DNA of 64,000 nt from Fidelibacterota bacterium (GTDB lineage Bacteria > Fidelibacterota > Marinisomatia > Marinisomatales > JABMOV01), in contig JBHHUC010000001.1 of the NCBI GenBank assembly GCA_046861395.1, forward strand, positions 1-64,000, in the 5' to 3' direction. Both the position numbers and the translations under genes were made by a program. Shown piece after piece: positions 36,291-49,367 of the stretch. The notes beneath the pieces are model-generated. The model ran no database searches and was not told where the DNA came from. It worked only from the letters and a program-made list of their open reading frames with translations. The number at the start of each line of letters is the position of its first letter. The stretch's first letter is position 1.

Positions 36291-36609
36291 TCGGTTTGGT
36301 GAGAAAAGCATCACAACCGGCTTCCAGGCTGCGATCGCGGTCGTGCGTAAAGGCATGTGCGGTCGTGGCTATGACCGGAATGGATTTTACCGCAGGCGTT
36401 GATTTGATGAATTTGGGAATATCCAATCCGTCATCGTTGTTTTCCAGGGCAATGTCCACCAAAACACAACTGTAACTTTCCTGTTTTATTTTTCGGATGG
36501 CATCCCGGGAGTTTTTTACATAGTCTAATTGATAATCTTCTAAAAAGTAGTGTAATAATTTCTGGCTAACAAGATCGTCTTCAGCGACGAGAATTTTCGG
36601 TTTGTTCAT
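36229..36609 (-). CDS. single-domain response regulator
   Basis: ILVAEDD, phospho-acceptor VLVDI, IPVIATTAHA, AGCDAFLTKP. Confidence 0.9.
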   Translation of the reverse strand: MNKPKILVAEDDLVSQKLLHYFLEDYQLDYVKNSRDAIRKIKQESYSCVLVDIALENNDDGLDIPKFIKSTPAVKSIPVIATTAHAFTHDRDRSLEAGCDAFLTKPIMKEKLLQTVQSYVGQATPA

Positions 36610-36740
36610 TCTTCTCTCCTAAATCCCAATGAAAGATTTCTCTCTCTTTGGGTTCCCCGCGTTGTGTTTCGTTACGGGACCATATGATTTCCAATAATCA
36701 GATAAATTTAGTTCTCCGACCCCATATATGTAAAGAATTA

Positions 36741-38849
36741 TTATGTGTTTTGCAAGACAAAGGCCCAAATATCCGCCTGTTCCGCAATTCGTTTCGAGGT
36801 TGGTTTCCCGGCTCCGTGTCCTGCCTTGGTTTCAATTCGTATCAGTTTCGGGGCGGTGTATTTTTCCTGCTTTTCCTGTAAGGTGGCTATGTATTTAAAG
36901 GAATGGGCCGGCACAACCCGGTCATCATGGTCGGCGGTGGTTACCAGAATCGCCGGGTAGGAAACATCGTCGCGGATATTATGTAAGGGAGAATAACGGA
37001 ATAGGTTTTGGAAGTTTTCCTCCGTATCGCTGGAGCCGTATTCAACGGCCCAGGCGTACCCGATCGTAAAGGTGTGGTAACGCAACATATCCATTACACC
37101 GACCTGGGGAATGGCAACGGCAAATAAATCCGGACGCTGATTGACGACCGCTCCCACCAGTAATCCACCATTTGATCCCCCCTTTATCGCCAGGTGTTCC
37201 GGCAAAGTGTAACCGTTGGCAATTAAATATTCTCCCGCTGCAATGAAGTCGTCAAATACGTTTTGCTTCTTGAACAGCATTCCCGCTTCGTGCCAGTTTT
37301 CCCCATATTCTCCGCCACCTCGAAGATTAGCGACGGCATAGACGCCACCACGCTCCAAAAAGACAATATTGCTCACACTGAAACGAGGGGTAATGCTGAT
37401 ATTAAACCCACCGTAGCCGTATAATAGGGTCGGATTGTTGCCATCTTTTTTCAGGTCTTTTTTATGGACGATAAACATGGGAATTCTGGTCCCGTCCTTA
37501 CTGGGATAAAAAACCTGTCTTACTCCATATTCGGTGGGGTTGAAGTCAATTTCAGATTTGCGGAAAACGGATGAAGTATTGGTCTGAAAATCATAGCGAT
37601 ATATTGTTCCAGGTGAAATAAATGACGTAAAACTGTAAAACGTTTCCATATCATTGGGCTTGCCGGAAAAGCCGCTTGCTGATCCGATCCCGGGGAGTGG
37701 AATTTCTTTTTCAAAGCGGCCGGCGCGGGAAAAGATTTTGATTCTCGTACTGGCATCCTGCAGATAGTTAGCCACCAGTTTTCCACCCACCGCCGAAAGG
37801 TTTCGCAACGTATGTTCCGATTCCGGAATCAATGTCTGCCAGTTGTCCGGCTCCGGCTTTTGCGGGTCAACGCGCACCACGCGCTGGTTCGGTGCCTCCA
37901 GCGTTGTCAAGAGCAATAGATATTCCCCGTCATTGTCAATCACGGAATGTTCATAGTCAAAATTATCGATGAGTGTTTTCCAGCCCTCATCCGAAACTGT
38001 GCGGTCTTTGAACATCAGAGCCGTGCCGTGTGTGCCGCGGGAACGATAGAGAATCAGATAGCGGCCATCATCCGTAACACTGACATAATTCCCGATTTTT
38101 GGGTGCTCCGGGTCTTCATAAACCAGGGTGTCCGCGGCCTGGTTAGTGCCCAATTCATGGAAATAAATTTTCATGTTTTCATTGGCGGCCGTAAGTTCAT
38201 CGCCCTGACCTGGCTCCGGCAGACGGCTGTAATAAAACCCGTTGTCCGCCCAGGCCATTCCAGAAAATTTGACCCATTGAATATGGTCATCAAGAAGCGT
38301 TCTGGATTCAATATCCAGAACACGAAACTCCCGCCAGTCCGACCCGGCGGTACTCAGAGCATACCCCATGTAGCGGCCGTCCGGTGAAAAATAGGTTCCG
38401 GCAAGGGCCACGGTGCCATCTTCTGACAATGTGTTGGGGTCTATAAGAACATCAGCGGGACTATCCAGCGTTTCCTGGACATAGAGTACTGACTGGTTTT
38501 GTAAGCCGTCATTTTTATAAAAGAAATAGCGTTTTCCGGCCTTGAAGGGTGGAGAATAGCGGGGATAATTCCAGAGGGTTTCCAGGCGTTGTTTCAAACT
38601 GTCACGAAAGGGAATTTTTTCCAGGTAGGAAAAGGTTAGATTATTCTGTTCCTGGACCCACTTTGCCGTTTCTTCCGACCGGTCATCTTCTAGCCAGCGA
38701 TAGGGATCGGGAACATCCGTGCCAAAATAATTATCGGTGACGGCTTCTTTTCTCGTTTCGGGGTAGGAGATGCTTCCGGTTCCGGAGGGAATCAGATAAC
38801 AGCCGGCAAGGAGAACCAGGACAGTTACAAACAATGTTTTTTGTTTCAT
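36741..38849 (-). CDS. prolyl oligopeptidase (S9A), probable lipoprotein
   Basis: DPYRWLE, YGYGGF, GGSNGG, DHDDRV, AGHG. ATG 38849 gives MKQKTLFVTVLVLLAGC. Confidence 0.95.
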   Translation of the reverse strand: MKQKTLFVTVLVLLAGCYLIPSGTGSISYPETRKEAVTDNYFGTDVPDPYRWLEDDRSEETAKWVQEQNNLTFSYLEKIPFRDSLKQRLETLWNYPRYSPPFKAGKRYFFYKNDGLQNQSVLYVQETLDSPADVLIDPNTLSEDGTVALAGTYFSPDGRYMGYALSTAGSDWREFRVLDIESRTLLDDHIQWVKFSGMAWADNGFYYSRLPEPGQGDELTAANENMKIYFHELGTNQAADTLVYEDPEHPKIGNYVSVTDDGRYLILYRSRGTHGTALMFKDRTVSDEGWKTLIDNFDYEHSVIDNDGEYLLLLTTLEAPNQRVVRVDPQKPEPDNWQTLIPESEHTLRNLSAVGGKLVANYLQDASTRIKIFSRAGRFEKEIPLPGIGSASGFSGKPNDMETFYSFTSFISPGTIYRYDFQTNTSSVFRKSEIDFNPTEYGVRQVFYPSKDGTRIPMFIVHKKDLKKDGNNPTLLYGYGGFNISITPRFSVSNIVFLERGGVYAVANLRGGGEYGENWHEAGMLFKKQNVFDDFIAAGEYLIANGYTLPEHLAIKGGSNGGLLVGAVVNQRPDLFAVAIPQVGVMDMLRYHTFTIGYAWAVEYGSSDTEENFQNLFRYSPLHNIRDDVSYPAILVTTADHDDRVVPAHSFKYIATLQEKQEKYTAPKLIRIETKAGHGAGKPTSKRIAEQADIWAFVLQNT

Positions 38850-38853
38850 ATTT

Positions 38854-39378
38854 TTATCTTTTGGGTTGTGTGAAAAAGTTTGTCGCGGCTTCTTCCGGAA
38901 TACCAAAACCACAGACGGAAATGTCCAGGTAATGCCACAGGGGACTGATAATTCCGGCCGCTTCGCTGATTACCAGGTCGGGTATTTCGATATTGTGAAA
39001 CCGGGTCGGGCCAGCGGTAAAGACCGTGGCCGGTTGGGCAAAGGGGTGGGGCCGATACACGTGGGACATATCCGGAAATTGGGTCCTGTCTTGAAAAGGT
39101 GTATCGCCCCGCAGAAAATTGATCCCGGAACCATTAATGTGATCCCGAATGGTCACCGGGCGCTTATCCCTGATTCGATCAAGAATGATAATGTTTTCCA
39201 TTGGAAAGGCTTTGATCAGCCGGGTCAGATTCTCCAGGTTGATGGCGGATGAGTCGAAAGTCACCGGGGACAGGTTAATACTATTGTTGGTTTTGAAAAT
39301 GTAGTGGTCTGCGACTGTCTTGTCCGGCCTTAACAGGTTCCAGTTTTCCGGAAACAGGAGATAGTAAAAATCAGACAT
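38854..39378 (-). CDS. degenerate purine nucleoside phosphorylase-like protein
   Basis: IRDHINGSGINFLRG..FPDMSHVY and GPTR resemble the PunA/PNP core. Only ~174 aa. Start overlaps the yggS stop. Confidence 0.55.
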   Translation of the reverse strand: MSDFYYLLFPENWNLLRPDKTVADHYIFKTNNSINLSPVTFDSSAINLENLTRLIKAFPMENIIILDRIRDKRPVTIRDHINGSGINFLRGDTPFQDRTQFPDMSHVYRPHPFAQPATVFTAGPTRFHNIEIPDLVISEAAGIISPLWHYLDISVCGFGIPEEAATNFFTQPKR

Positions 39379-40075
39379 GGGTCGGCGGCCAGGGTTTCCG
39401 GGGACCAAACAACAAGGTGCCAAGCCGAATCATGGTGGCCCCTTCCTCCACGGCTATTTCATAATCATTACTCATACCCATTGAAAGTTCGGTGAGTTTT
39501 TTCTCCGGCGGCAGGTGGGTGTTGAGTTTTTCGCGCAAGGTGTATAACGAACAAAAGGCAGCGCGAATCTTCGTAGCGTCATCGGTGAGCGGACCAACGG
39601 TCATGAGCCCCTTGACGGAAAGCCGATCGGAAGTCAAACAACTCAGCATATCCTCTTCGGCCGAGGAATCGAATCCGTGCTTGGCCGCCTCTCCGCTGGT
39701 GTTGACTTCCAGCAAGACATCCATTGGGGGACGGTCTTCCGGCAGGCGGGATTCAATGGCACGGAAAAGAGCAACGGAGTCGATGCTGTCGATGGTGTCA
39801 AACAAAGACAGACTTTTATTGATTTTATTGGTCTGCAGATGGCCGATCATTCTGCGGATTAATCCAGGTAAGGCCGGCAGAAGGGAAAACTTCCGGGCCG
39901 CTTCCTGAACACGGTTTTCGCCAATCGTTCGCAGACCGGCCCGATAAATATCTTCAATCGTCGCGGCGGAATGCGTCTTGGTCACGGCAATGATTTCCAC
40001 AGGATTGGTGTGTCCGCTGCGTCGTTGAGCGGTGGCAATTGTGGCCTGAATCCGGGCTAACCGTTCCGTAAGCAA
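39371..40075 (-). CDS. yggS: PLP homeostasis protein YggS/PLPBP
   Basis: IAVTKT, GENRVQE, IGHLQTNK, GLMT, LSMGMSNDYEIAVEEGATMIRLGT. Confidence 0.96.
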   Translation of the reverse strand: MLTERLARIQATIATAQRRSGHTNPVEIIAVTKTHSAATIEDIYRAGLRTIGENRVQEAARKFSLLPALPGLIRRMIGHLQTNKINKSLSLFDTIDSIDSVALFRAIESRLPEDRPPMDVLLEVNTSGEAAKHGFDSSAEEDMLSCLTSDRLSVKGLMTVGPLTDDATKIRAAFCSLYTLREKLNTHLPPEKKLTELSMGMSNDYEIAVEEGATMIRLGTLLFGPRKPWPPTHV

Positions 40076-40081
40076 GCGCGG

Positions 40082-42559
40082 CTACTCCCCGTCAGCGGTG
40101 TCCTCTGTGTTTGCTGGAGGTTCTTCGCTATCATCGGAAGTCACGCGGGAAATGGATGCGATGGATGATCCTTCATCCAGTTTTACCAGGCGCACACCTT
40201 GCGTTACACGACCGATGGTTCGGATTTCCTTCACCGATTGTCGCATGAGAACCCCCTGGTTGGTTATGATCATCAGATCGTCGGAATCCACCACTTCCAT
40301 CATGGAAACCATTTTTCCGGTTTTTTCCGTCGTGCGCATGGTCATGATACCCTTTCCGCCCCGGCTTTGAATCCGGTATTGAATAACATCCGTTCTTTTA
40401 CCGTAGCCTCTTTCCGTAGCCACCAGGATGGTTCCTTCCCGTTTCACCACCAGCATGCCGACAACCTCATCCGTTTTTGAACTCAGGGTAATCCCTTTGA
40501 CGCCCAAGGTCTTACGCCCGCTGGGACGAATATTTTTTTCAGAAAAACGAATTGATTTCCCTTCCCGGGTTCCCAGGAGAATGTCGTTGTCGCCATCCGT
40601 GATTCGGGCTTCAATCAATTTGTCTCCCTCCCTGATATCGATGGCATAGATGCCGCCTTTGCGTGGCTTGCCGTAGGCGCTCAACACAGTCTTTTTCACC
40701 AGACCGTTGCGGGTGGCCATGACAATATAACGATCATCCGTGAATTCCTTCACACTGACAAACGCTTCGGTACGTTCGCCGGGTTCACACCCGATTAAAT
40801 TCACAATGGCGCGGCCTCGGGTCGCCCGGCCGCCCTGGGGAATATCATAAACTTTCAACCAATAGCATTTACCGCGATCGGTGAAAAAGAGCATATAATT
40901 ATGCGTATTGGCGATGAAGAGGTGTTCCACAAAATCTTCATCTTTTGACGCTGCACCCTGTATTCCCCGTCCACCGCGACGCTGACTGCGATAGGTTGTT
41001 ACGGCTGTACGTTTGATATAACCCTTGTGGGTAATGGTAATGACCATATCTTCCTGGGCGATGATATCTTCCACAGAGAAATGGGCACCGACGGGGATGA
41101 TTTCGGTTCGGCGTTCATCACCATATTGGTCCCGCACTTCGATCATTTCTTTTTTTATAATATCCATTCTCTGGGAGCGGCTTTCCAGAACACCTTTTAA
41201 CTGGGCGATAGTCTTTATGAGGTCACGGTATTCTTCCACCACTTTGTCCACTTCTAGGCTTGTCAGGCGCTGTAAACGCATGTCCAAAATGGCCTGGGCC
41301 TGTTTCTCAGACAAATCAAAGGCGTTCATCAGTCCTTCTTTAGCATGACTTGGGTCTTTGCTGCCGCGAATAATGGCGATTGCTTCATCGATATTGTCCA
41401 GGGCAATTTTCAATCCTTCTAGAATATGGGCCCGGCCCTCTGCCCGTTTCAGCTCAAACTTGGTCCTGCGGATTACCACTTCATGGCGAAAATCAACGAA
41501 GGACTGCATCATCTGTTTCAATGGCATGACGCGGGGAATGCCGTCCATTAGAGCCAAGAGAATGATACCAAAGGTATCCTGCAACTGTGTGTGCGCATAC
41601 AGCTGATTCAAAATGACATCGGGAATGGCGTCACGCTTGAGCTCAATAACGACACGGATTCCGTCCTTGTCTGACTCGTCCCTTAAATCCGTGATTCCTT
41701 CCAATTTTTTATCCCGCACCAGATCGGCGATTTTTTCAATCAGGTTAGCCTTGTTAACCTGGTATGGCAATTCATCAAGTATGATTGATTCTTTGCCCTG
41801 TTTGGTTGTTTCCACGTGGGCGCGGGCGCGAACAGTGATTTTTCCCCGCCCGGTGGCGTAGGCCTGTTTCAGGCCATCAATGCCAAAAATGAGGGCTCCG
41901 GTGGGAAAGTCCGGACCCTTGATGTTTGTCATGAGTCCGTCCACGTCAATGTCGGGATTATCAATCAGGGCTATCAGGCCATCTATCACTTCCGATAAAT
42001 TGTGGGGCGGAATCTTGGTTGCCATTCCCACGGCAATTCCTTCTGACCCGTTGACCAAAAGGGCGGGGATTACGGTGGGTAAAACCTGAGGTTCCTGCAG
42101 GGTGTCATCGAAGTTGGGAACCCATTCCACCGTGTCCTTATCCAGGTCGCGCAACATTTCACTTCCCAGGCGTGTCATCCTGGATTCGGTGTACCGCATG
42201 GCCGCGGCCCGGTCGCCGTCTACGGAACCAAAGTTCCCCTGACCATCCACCAGCTCATAGCGCATGGAAAACGGTTGGGCCATGCGTACTAGGGCATCGT
42301 AAACAGATGAGTCTCCATGGGGATGGTATTTTCCCAGTACGTCACCGACGATTCGCGCCGATTTCTTATAGGGTCGGCTCCACCCGGAACCCAGCTCGCT
42401 CATTCCGAAAAGTATTCTGCGGTGGACCGGTTTCAGTCCGTCGCGAACATCGGGCAGGGCACGAGCCACGATAACGGACATGGAATAGTTGAGATAGCTT
42501 TCGCGCAATTCCTCAACAATGTCTTTACTAATTGTATTTTCTCTGGCAATATCCATCAT
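40082..42559 (-). CDS. gyrA: DNA gyrase subunit A
   Basis: [22 protein letters not shown], GyrA-box QRRGGRG. Confidence 0.98.
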   Translation of the reverse strand: MMDIARENTISKDIVEELRESYLNYSMSVIVARALPDVRDGLKPVHRRILFGMSELGSGWSRPYKKSARIVGDVLGKYHPHGDSSVYDALVRMAQPFSMRYELVDGQGNFGSVDGDRAAAMRYTESRMTRLGSEMLRDLDKDTVEWVPNFDDTLQEPQVLPTVIPALLVNGSEGIAVGMATKIPPHNLSEVIDGLIALIDNPDIDVDGLMTNIKGPDFPTGALIFGIDGLKQAYATGRGKITVRARAHVETTKQGKESIILDELPYQVNKANLIEKIADLVRDKKLEGITDLRDESDKDGIRVVIELKRDAIPDVILNQLYAHTQLQDTFGIILLALMDGIPRVMPLKQMMQSFVDFRHEVVIRRTKFELKRAEGRAHILEGLKIALDNIDEAIAIIRGSKDPSHAKEGLMNAFDLSEKQAQAILDMRLQRLTSLEVDKVVEEYRDLIKTIAQLKGVLESRSQRMDIIKKEMIEVRDQYGDERRTEIIPVGAHFSVEDIIAQEDMVITITHKGYIKRTAVTTYRSQRRGGRGIQGAASKDEDFVEHLFIANTHNYMLFFTDRGKCYWLKVYDIPQGGRATRGRAIVNLIGCEPGERTEAFVSVKEFTDDRYIVMATRNGLVKKTVLSAYGKPRKGGIYAIDIREGDKLIEARITDGDNDILLGTREGKSIRFSEKNIRPSGRKTLGVKGITLSSKTDEVVGMLVVKREGTILVATERGYGKRTDVIQYRIQSRGGKGIMTMRTTEKTGKMVSMMEVVDSDDLMIITNQGVLMRQSVKEIRTIGRVTQGVRLVKLDEGSSIASISRVTSDDSEEPPANTEDTADGE

Positions 42560-42572
42560 ATTTTGTATTGGG

Positions 42573-44805
<2,233 letters not shown>

Positions 44806-44806
<1 letters not shown>

Positions 44807-45891
44807 CAGCGTTTGAAATAAAGCGCCATGTTGTCGGGGTTTTTCATATCGATTCCATGGGACTCGACGTTGACAACGTTAGTTGTAGTAATAATAGTCT
44901 GAACTTTTTTCTCCAACATGGACATGACGATTTCACTGCGTTCAAAGTCCAGCTTTGCCAGGACATCGTCCAGTAAAATAATGGGTGTGGCTTGGCCTCC
45001 CAGCTGCAAAAACTTGAACTCCGCCAATTTTAACAGGATGAGAGCCAGTTTATGCTCGCCCTGAGAACCAAAGGTCCGCAGGTCATCGCCGTTGAAATAG
45101 AACGTGAAATTATCTCGTTGCGGTCCCCGGTTTGTCCGCCCCAAGGCAATGTCGCGCTGAAGACTCTCCTTGATATCCTTGCGAAAGGCCTCCCTGTCTG
45201 CCGGCTGCGCGGTTTGATGTTGGCCTGACAAGGTCACTGTTGCATCATTCAATTTCTCCATCACTTCGACCAGAACTGTTTCAAATCGCTGCCAGCGGAC
45301 CGCCCGCTGTTCCCATAGGTTCCAGGCAATATCAATGTAGGGCTCATTCCAGGGTTCCAGCGTCTGGCGCGAGGTCTGATGGTCCCGGATAGCCATGAGA
45401 GCCGCATCGCGCTGCTTGCGAATCCGTAGAAATTCGGTTAGGGTATTCATATATTCGCTGGATGCGACACTAAACAGTTTGTCGAAAAATTTTCGCCGCT
45501 CACCAGGCGATCCTTTGGTAACAAGCTGTTCTTCCGGTGAAAGGAGAACAACGGGATTCAGACCGATGAGTTTTTTCCGGCCGGAAATTGTTTCTCCGTT
45601 CACATTCGTTTTGCTACGACCATCGGCCATTTGTGTCGTGGTAATGGTGGTCTCCTGCTGACCCGATGTAAATCGTCCGGTTACACGATAATAGTCCCTG
45701 CCTCGGGTAATCAAGTTTTGGCGGCGGGGCGTCTTGAAACTACGGCCTAACGACAGAGAATATATCGCTTCCAGGATAGACGTTTTTCCGGATCCGTTTT
45801 CTCCCCAAATCACATTTAATCCTGGTTTGAATTCAACCGTGGTATGCTGATGGTTTCGAAAAGAAATCAACTCAACCTCCTGGATAGACAT
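44806..45891 (-). CDS. recF: DNA replication/repair protein RecF
   Basis: FRNH, GENGSGKT, GPQRD, SQGEHK, LLDDV. Confidence 0.96.
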
Positions 45892-45932
45892 GGCGCGGAA
45901 TCGCTGATGTGTTTCCGGATAGCAGGGGCACG

Positions 45933-47048
45933 TTAGTCGTTCAGCCGAATGGGCATCAGAAGCATGGTTATATCCCGGCCCTCCGGTTGCGTGGCGGGAT
46001 AAAACAAGGCGGCGCTGATGGGCGTATTCAGTTTCACGATAACGTCTGATTCATCCAGATGCGACAGAATGTCTTTCAAATACGATGCGTTATAACCGAT
46101 GGTCAACGGTTCACCTTGGAAATCACAGGACAGTTTTTCTTCTGCTTTGGTAGCTTTTTCCGGGTCCTCTGTTGACAGATAAGTTTCATCTGTATCCAGT
46201 CGCAGGGCAATCTGATTGGTGGCTTTGTTGGCAAAAATGGAGACGCGCCGGACAGCGCCCAGAATCTCATTGCGGCTGACAGTCAATATTTTATTATTAT
46301 CCGTGGGCAATACACCTTCATAATTTGGGAAAAGTTCATCAATAATCCTGGTATAAAACCGATCCTCTCCTATCAGCGCTGTGAGATGATTATCGCCGAT
46401 CCAGAGATGGACTTCTTCGTTGGTGTCGGCCACAGATTGAATCAAGTTAATGAATTTCCGCGGAACAATAAGATCGCCTTCGAAATTCCCGCCCTTGAAA
46501 TCGTTCACGATATAGCGTACCAGCCGGTGACCGTCTGTGGCAACAGCCGTCAGGGCTTCGGGGCTGAATTTCATGTAAACACCGGTCAGGGCCGGTTTCA
46601 GGTCGTCATGACTCACGGCAAAACTGGTTTTTTCAAAAATAGCCTTCAGGGTTGATGCTTCCATATCAACCGTTCGGGAATTGTCCACTTCAGGGATGGC
46701 GGGAAATTCTTCCGCCGGTTTCCCCATCAGGTCATAGATTCCCGTATCTGTAATCAATTCCACCTTATTTCTTTCATTGACAGAGATTGTAATTCGACTG
46801 TCCTGAAGCTCATTCGTGATTTCCAGCAAGGTGCTCAGGGGAATCGCCGCCGAGCCCGGTTCTTCTATACTGGCAGGCAATCGTACAACCATGCTTATTT
46901 CAAGATCGGTGGACCGGAGAACCGTTTCATTATCCCGGACCGTAAATAGCGCACAGCTGAGAATTGGTAAGGTGGACCGGGTGGGGGTTGCTTTGGCTAA
47001 TTTTTGCAAGGCCGTCCGGAGTTCATTTTTGGATGTAGAAAGCTTCAT
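45933..47048 (-). CDS. dnaN: DNA polymerase III beta sliding clamp
   Basis: STLPIL, STDLE, ATDGHRL, FPNYE, GYNASYL, LLMPIR. Confidence 0.97.
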   Translation of the reverse strand: MKLSTSKNELRTALQKLAKATPTRSTLPILSCALFTVRDNETVLRSTDLEISMVVRLPASIEEPGSAAIPLSTLLEITNELQDSRITISVNERNKVELITDTGIYDLMGKPAEEFPAIPEVDNSRTVDMEASTLKAIFEKTSFAVSHDDLKPALTGVYMKFSPEALTAVATDGHRLVRYIVNDFKGGNFEGDLIVPRKFINLIQSVADTNEEVHLWIGDNHLTALIGEDRFYTRIIDELFPNYEGVLPTDNNKILTVSRNEILGAVRRVSIFANKATNQIALRLDTDETYLSTEDPEKATKAEEKLSCDFQGEPLTIGYNASYLKDILSHLDESDVIVKLNTPISAALFYPATQPEGRDITMLLMPIRLND

Positions 47049-47258
47049 AAATCCCTTGTGTTTTTATGAATATTATTCGAGAGAAAACAACTAACGAGCT
47101 TACCCAAACCACAGACCCGACACAAGAAATTTTCATCCTAAACGGCTCTATTTCGCCATAACTTGAAAATACGGCTAAGGGTGTTGAATTTTCCTGATTT
47201 TAGCTGTATTCTCGCCATTACGGGCACAAGATGTGACACTGGTGGCGGACCCGGGATA

Positions 47259-47702
47259 TTATTCGTCGATGTCTTGTTTTTTTATTTTTTTCCGTAATGC
47301 CTTTTTGCGACTCAGCTTCTTTTTTTCGTCCACGCGGGCTTGGCGGGCGGACCAGCTTGGTTTAGTTGGAATGCGTCGCGGTGCTCGGTAATTGGCTTGC
47401 CGGATTATTTTTTTCAAAATTTCCAGAGCCGTGTCCCGGTTTTTCTTTTGACTCTTATATTCCTGAGCTTTGATTATCAGAGTACCGTCTTTGCTAATAC
47501 GGCGGTCAGCACGGTTGAGCAGACGCATTTTTAACTCTTCCGGCAAACTGGAAGAAGGAACATGAAACCGTAATTGCACGGCGGTAGCCACTTTGTTGAC
47601 ATGCTGTCCGCCAGCTCCCTGGGAACGAATAGCCGTAATCGTGACTTCGCTCATTGGCAAAACGATTGAATCTGAAATTTGTATATAATTGGACTGTTTC
47701 AC
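47259..47702 (-). CDS. arfB: alternative ribosome rescue peptidyl-tRNA hydrolase ArfB (YaeJ)
   Basis: RSQGAGGQHVNK, SQKKNR, basic tail RRIPTKP..KKALRKK. Start GTG 47702 or TTG 47732. Confidence 0.9.
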   Translation of the reverse strand: MKQSNYIQISDSIVLPMSEVTITAIRSQGAGGQHVNKVATAVQLRFHVPSSSLPEELKMRLLNRADRRISKDGTLIIKAQEYKSQKKNRDTALEILKKIIRQANYRAPRRIPTKPSWSARQARVDEKKKLSRKKALRKKIKKQDIDE

Positions 47703-47741
47703 GGTTGGTATTCTGAGCTGGACATCGGACAAACGACAGGG

Positions 47742-48092
47742 TAAAATAAAAATAAAATAAATAGATTAATAAGAATATAATATTAATAAGGTCTGTGGGT
47801 TTGTGGAGAAATGTCGAGGGACAGTCCGGATATCCGGAGTTGTTTTCCCCTACGTAACCAGCATTGATTTAAAGAATTGCTTTATGTGGAAAAGGGGTGT
47901 GGAGATGTGGAGAAAAACCCTGTTTTCAACGGCATGTATTTTTTACCTGTTTTTGAGAGGAGGGAAAAGGAGGTGTGGATAATATTTTTCACCAAACTGT
48001 GAATAATCCTATATCATGAAACACAACCCCGTTATAATTAATAATGTTCCCGCTATGTATGGGGAGAAAAATTGTGGAAAGCTTGTGTATTA
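47742..48092. other. chromosomal replication origin (oriC) candidate
   Basis: AT-rich DUE/trio-like tract at 47742-47789, GGTC spacer, tandem boxes TGTGGGTTT/TGTGGAGAA (47794-47810). Further co-oriented boxes at 47885, 47898, 47906, 47974 (perfect TGTGGATAA), 47998 (TGTGAATAA), 48073 and 48084. Confidence 0.85.
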
Positions 48093-49367
48093 TTCCATAA
48101 TGCGGATATAAAAGCGGTCACGAACCTTATCCATCCAGTCCTGGTAGATTTTCATCTTTTTCTGGTTAAGGGCCATCATTTCAATTTCCGACCAGTGGGT
48201 TTCCAGCGTTGGTTTTCCGCCGGGCTTGATGTCTTCTAGCCAGAGTAGGTGATATCCAAAGGACGTTTTCACGGGAGGGCTAACGGTTCGCATTTCCAAG
48301 TAGGGAACGACCTGAGTAAATTCTGGAATCCCGAATTCATTGGGATTGACCCAACCCAGATCACCGCCCAGGTCCCGAGTTTTTTCATCCGTGGAATAGG
48401 TTTTGGCTAGTCGCTTAAAATCTTCCAGGGTGGAAATGGAATCCCGGAGCGATAGGGCATATTCATAGGCCCGAGAGTCGTCCTCGTCCGTGATTTCGGG
48501 CGTAAAAAGAATATGCCGCATACGAATCTTATCCCCTTGTTTTTCCAGAGGTTGAATAAGATGATATCCGAAGGGCGTGGATACCGGATCGCTAATGGAA
48601 TCGAGGGGCAGAGTGAAGGCAACCGTTTCAAAGGACGGGACCAGGGAGCCGCGCCGGACAAATCCAAGATCACCACCGCGAGAAGCCGTTCCAGGATCCT
48701 GAGAATATTGCGAGGCGGCATCGGCAAAGTCAATGGAACCGGACCGAATGTCATTTTTAAGTTGTTTCAGAAAAGAGATGGTGGCGGCTTTACTTTCCTC
48801 GTTGGGCTCAATCGGCAAGAGAATATGGCGGAGTTTTATCATGGTGGGGACAAGGGGAAGGCTGTCCTGGTAAGTATTATAAAATTCGATGACATCCTGG
48901 CGACCGGTTTTTACATCACCGATGATGGTTTGCTGATACCGTTCGGAAATGAGCATGTCGCGGATATCCTGCCAGTTTTCCCGCCGGTAATCCTTTATAG
49001 ATTGCCCTAATGCTTCTTCCAGACGCTCTTCGCTTCCGGCCTGGGACAACATATTTTCTACCTGTTGTTCCATGGCGGCATCCACCTCAGAATCCTTGAC
49101 TTCGATCGAGTCCAGCTTGGCCAGCTCCAGCAGAATTTTTCGATCCACTAACGACTGGAGAACCTCCTCTTCAAGCTGACGAAAGCGATCCGGCTGCTGA
49201 CTGGGATAAACCCCCTGTTGCAAAGCTGTCATGGTTGCGATTTGAGCCACGTCGCTTTTCAGGATCAGGTGGTCTCCGACGACAGCGGCCACGCCATCCA
49301 GGTATGTTGGAGAATTCTGGGCAAAAAGGGTAAAAAGCAATCCAAGGGAAAGTAAGAAATGTTTCAT
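48090..49367 (-). CDS. SurA-like periplasmic chaperone / parvulin PPIase
   Basis: Signal peptide, DGVAAVVG SurA N-domain, two parvulin domains (HIL, GGDLG, FGYHL). Confidence 0.9.
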   Translation of the reverse strand: MKHFLLSLGLLFTLFAQNSPTYLDGVAAVVGDHLILKSDVAQIATMTALQQGVYPSQQPDRFRQLEEEVLQSLVDRKILLELAKLDSIEVKDSEVDAAMEQQVENMLSQAGSEERLEEALGQSIKDYRRENWQDIRDMLISERYQQTIIGDVKTGRQDVIEFYNTYQDSLPLVPTMIKLRHILLPIEPNEESKAATISFLKQLKNDIRSGSIDFADAASQYSQDPGTASRGGDLGFVRRGSLVPSFETVAFTLPLDSISDPVSTPFGYHLIQPLEKQGDKIRMRHILFTPEITDEDDSRAYEYALSLRDSISTLEDFKRLAKTYSTDEKTRDLGGDLGWVNPNEFGIPEFTQVVPYLEMRTVSPPVKTSFGYHLLWLEDIKPGGKPTLETHWSEIEMMALNQKKMKIYQDWMDKVRDRFYIRIME

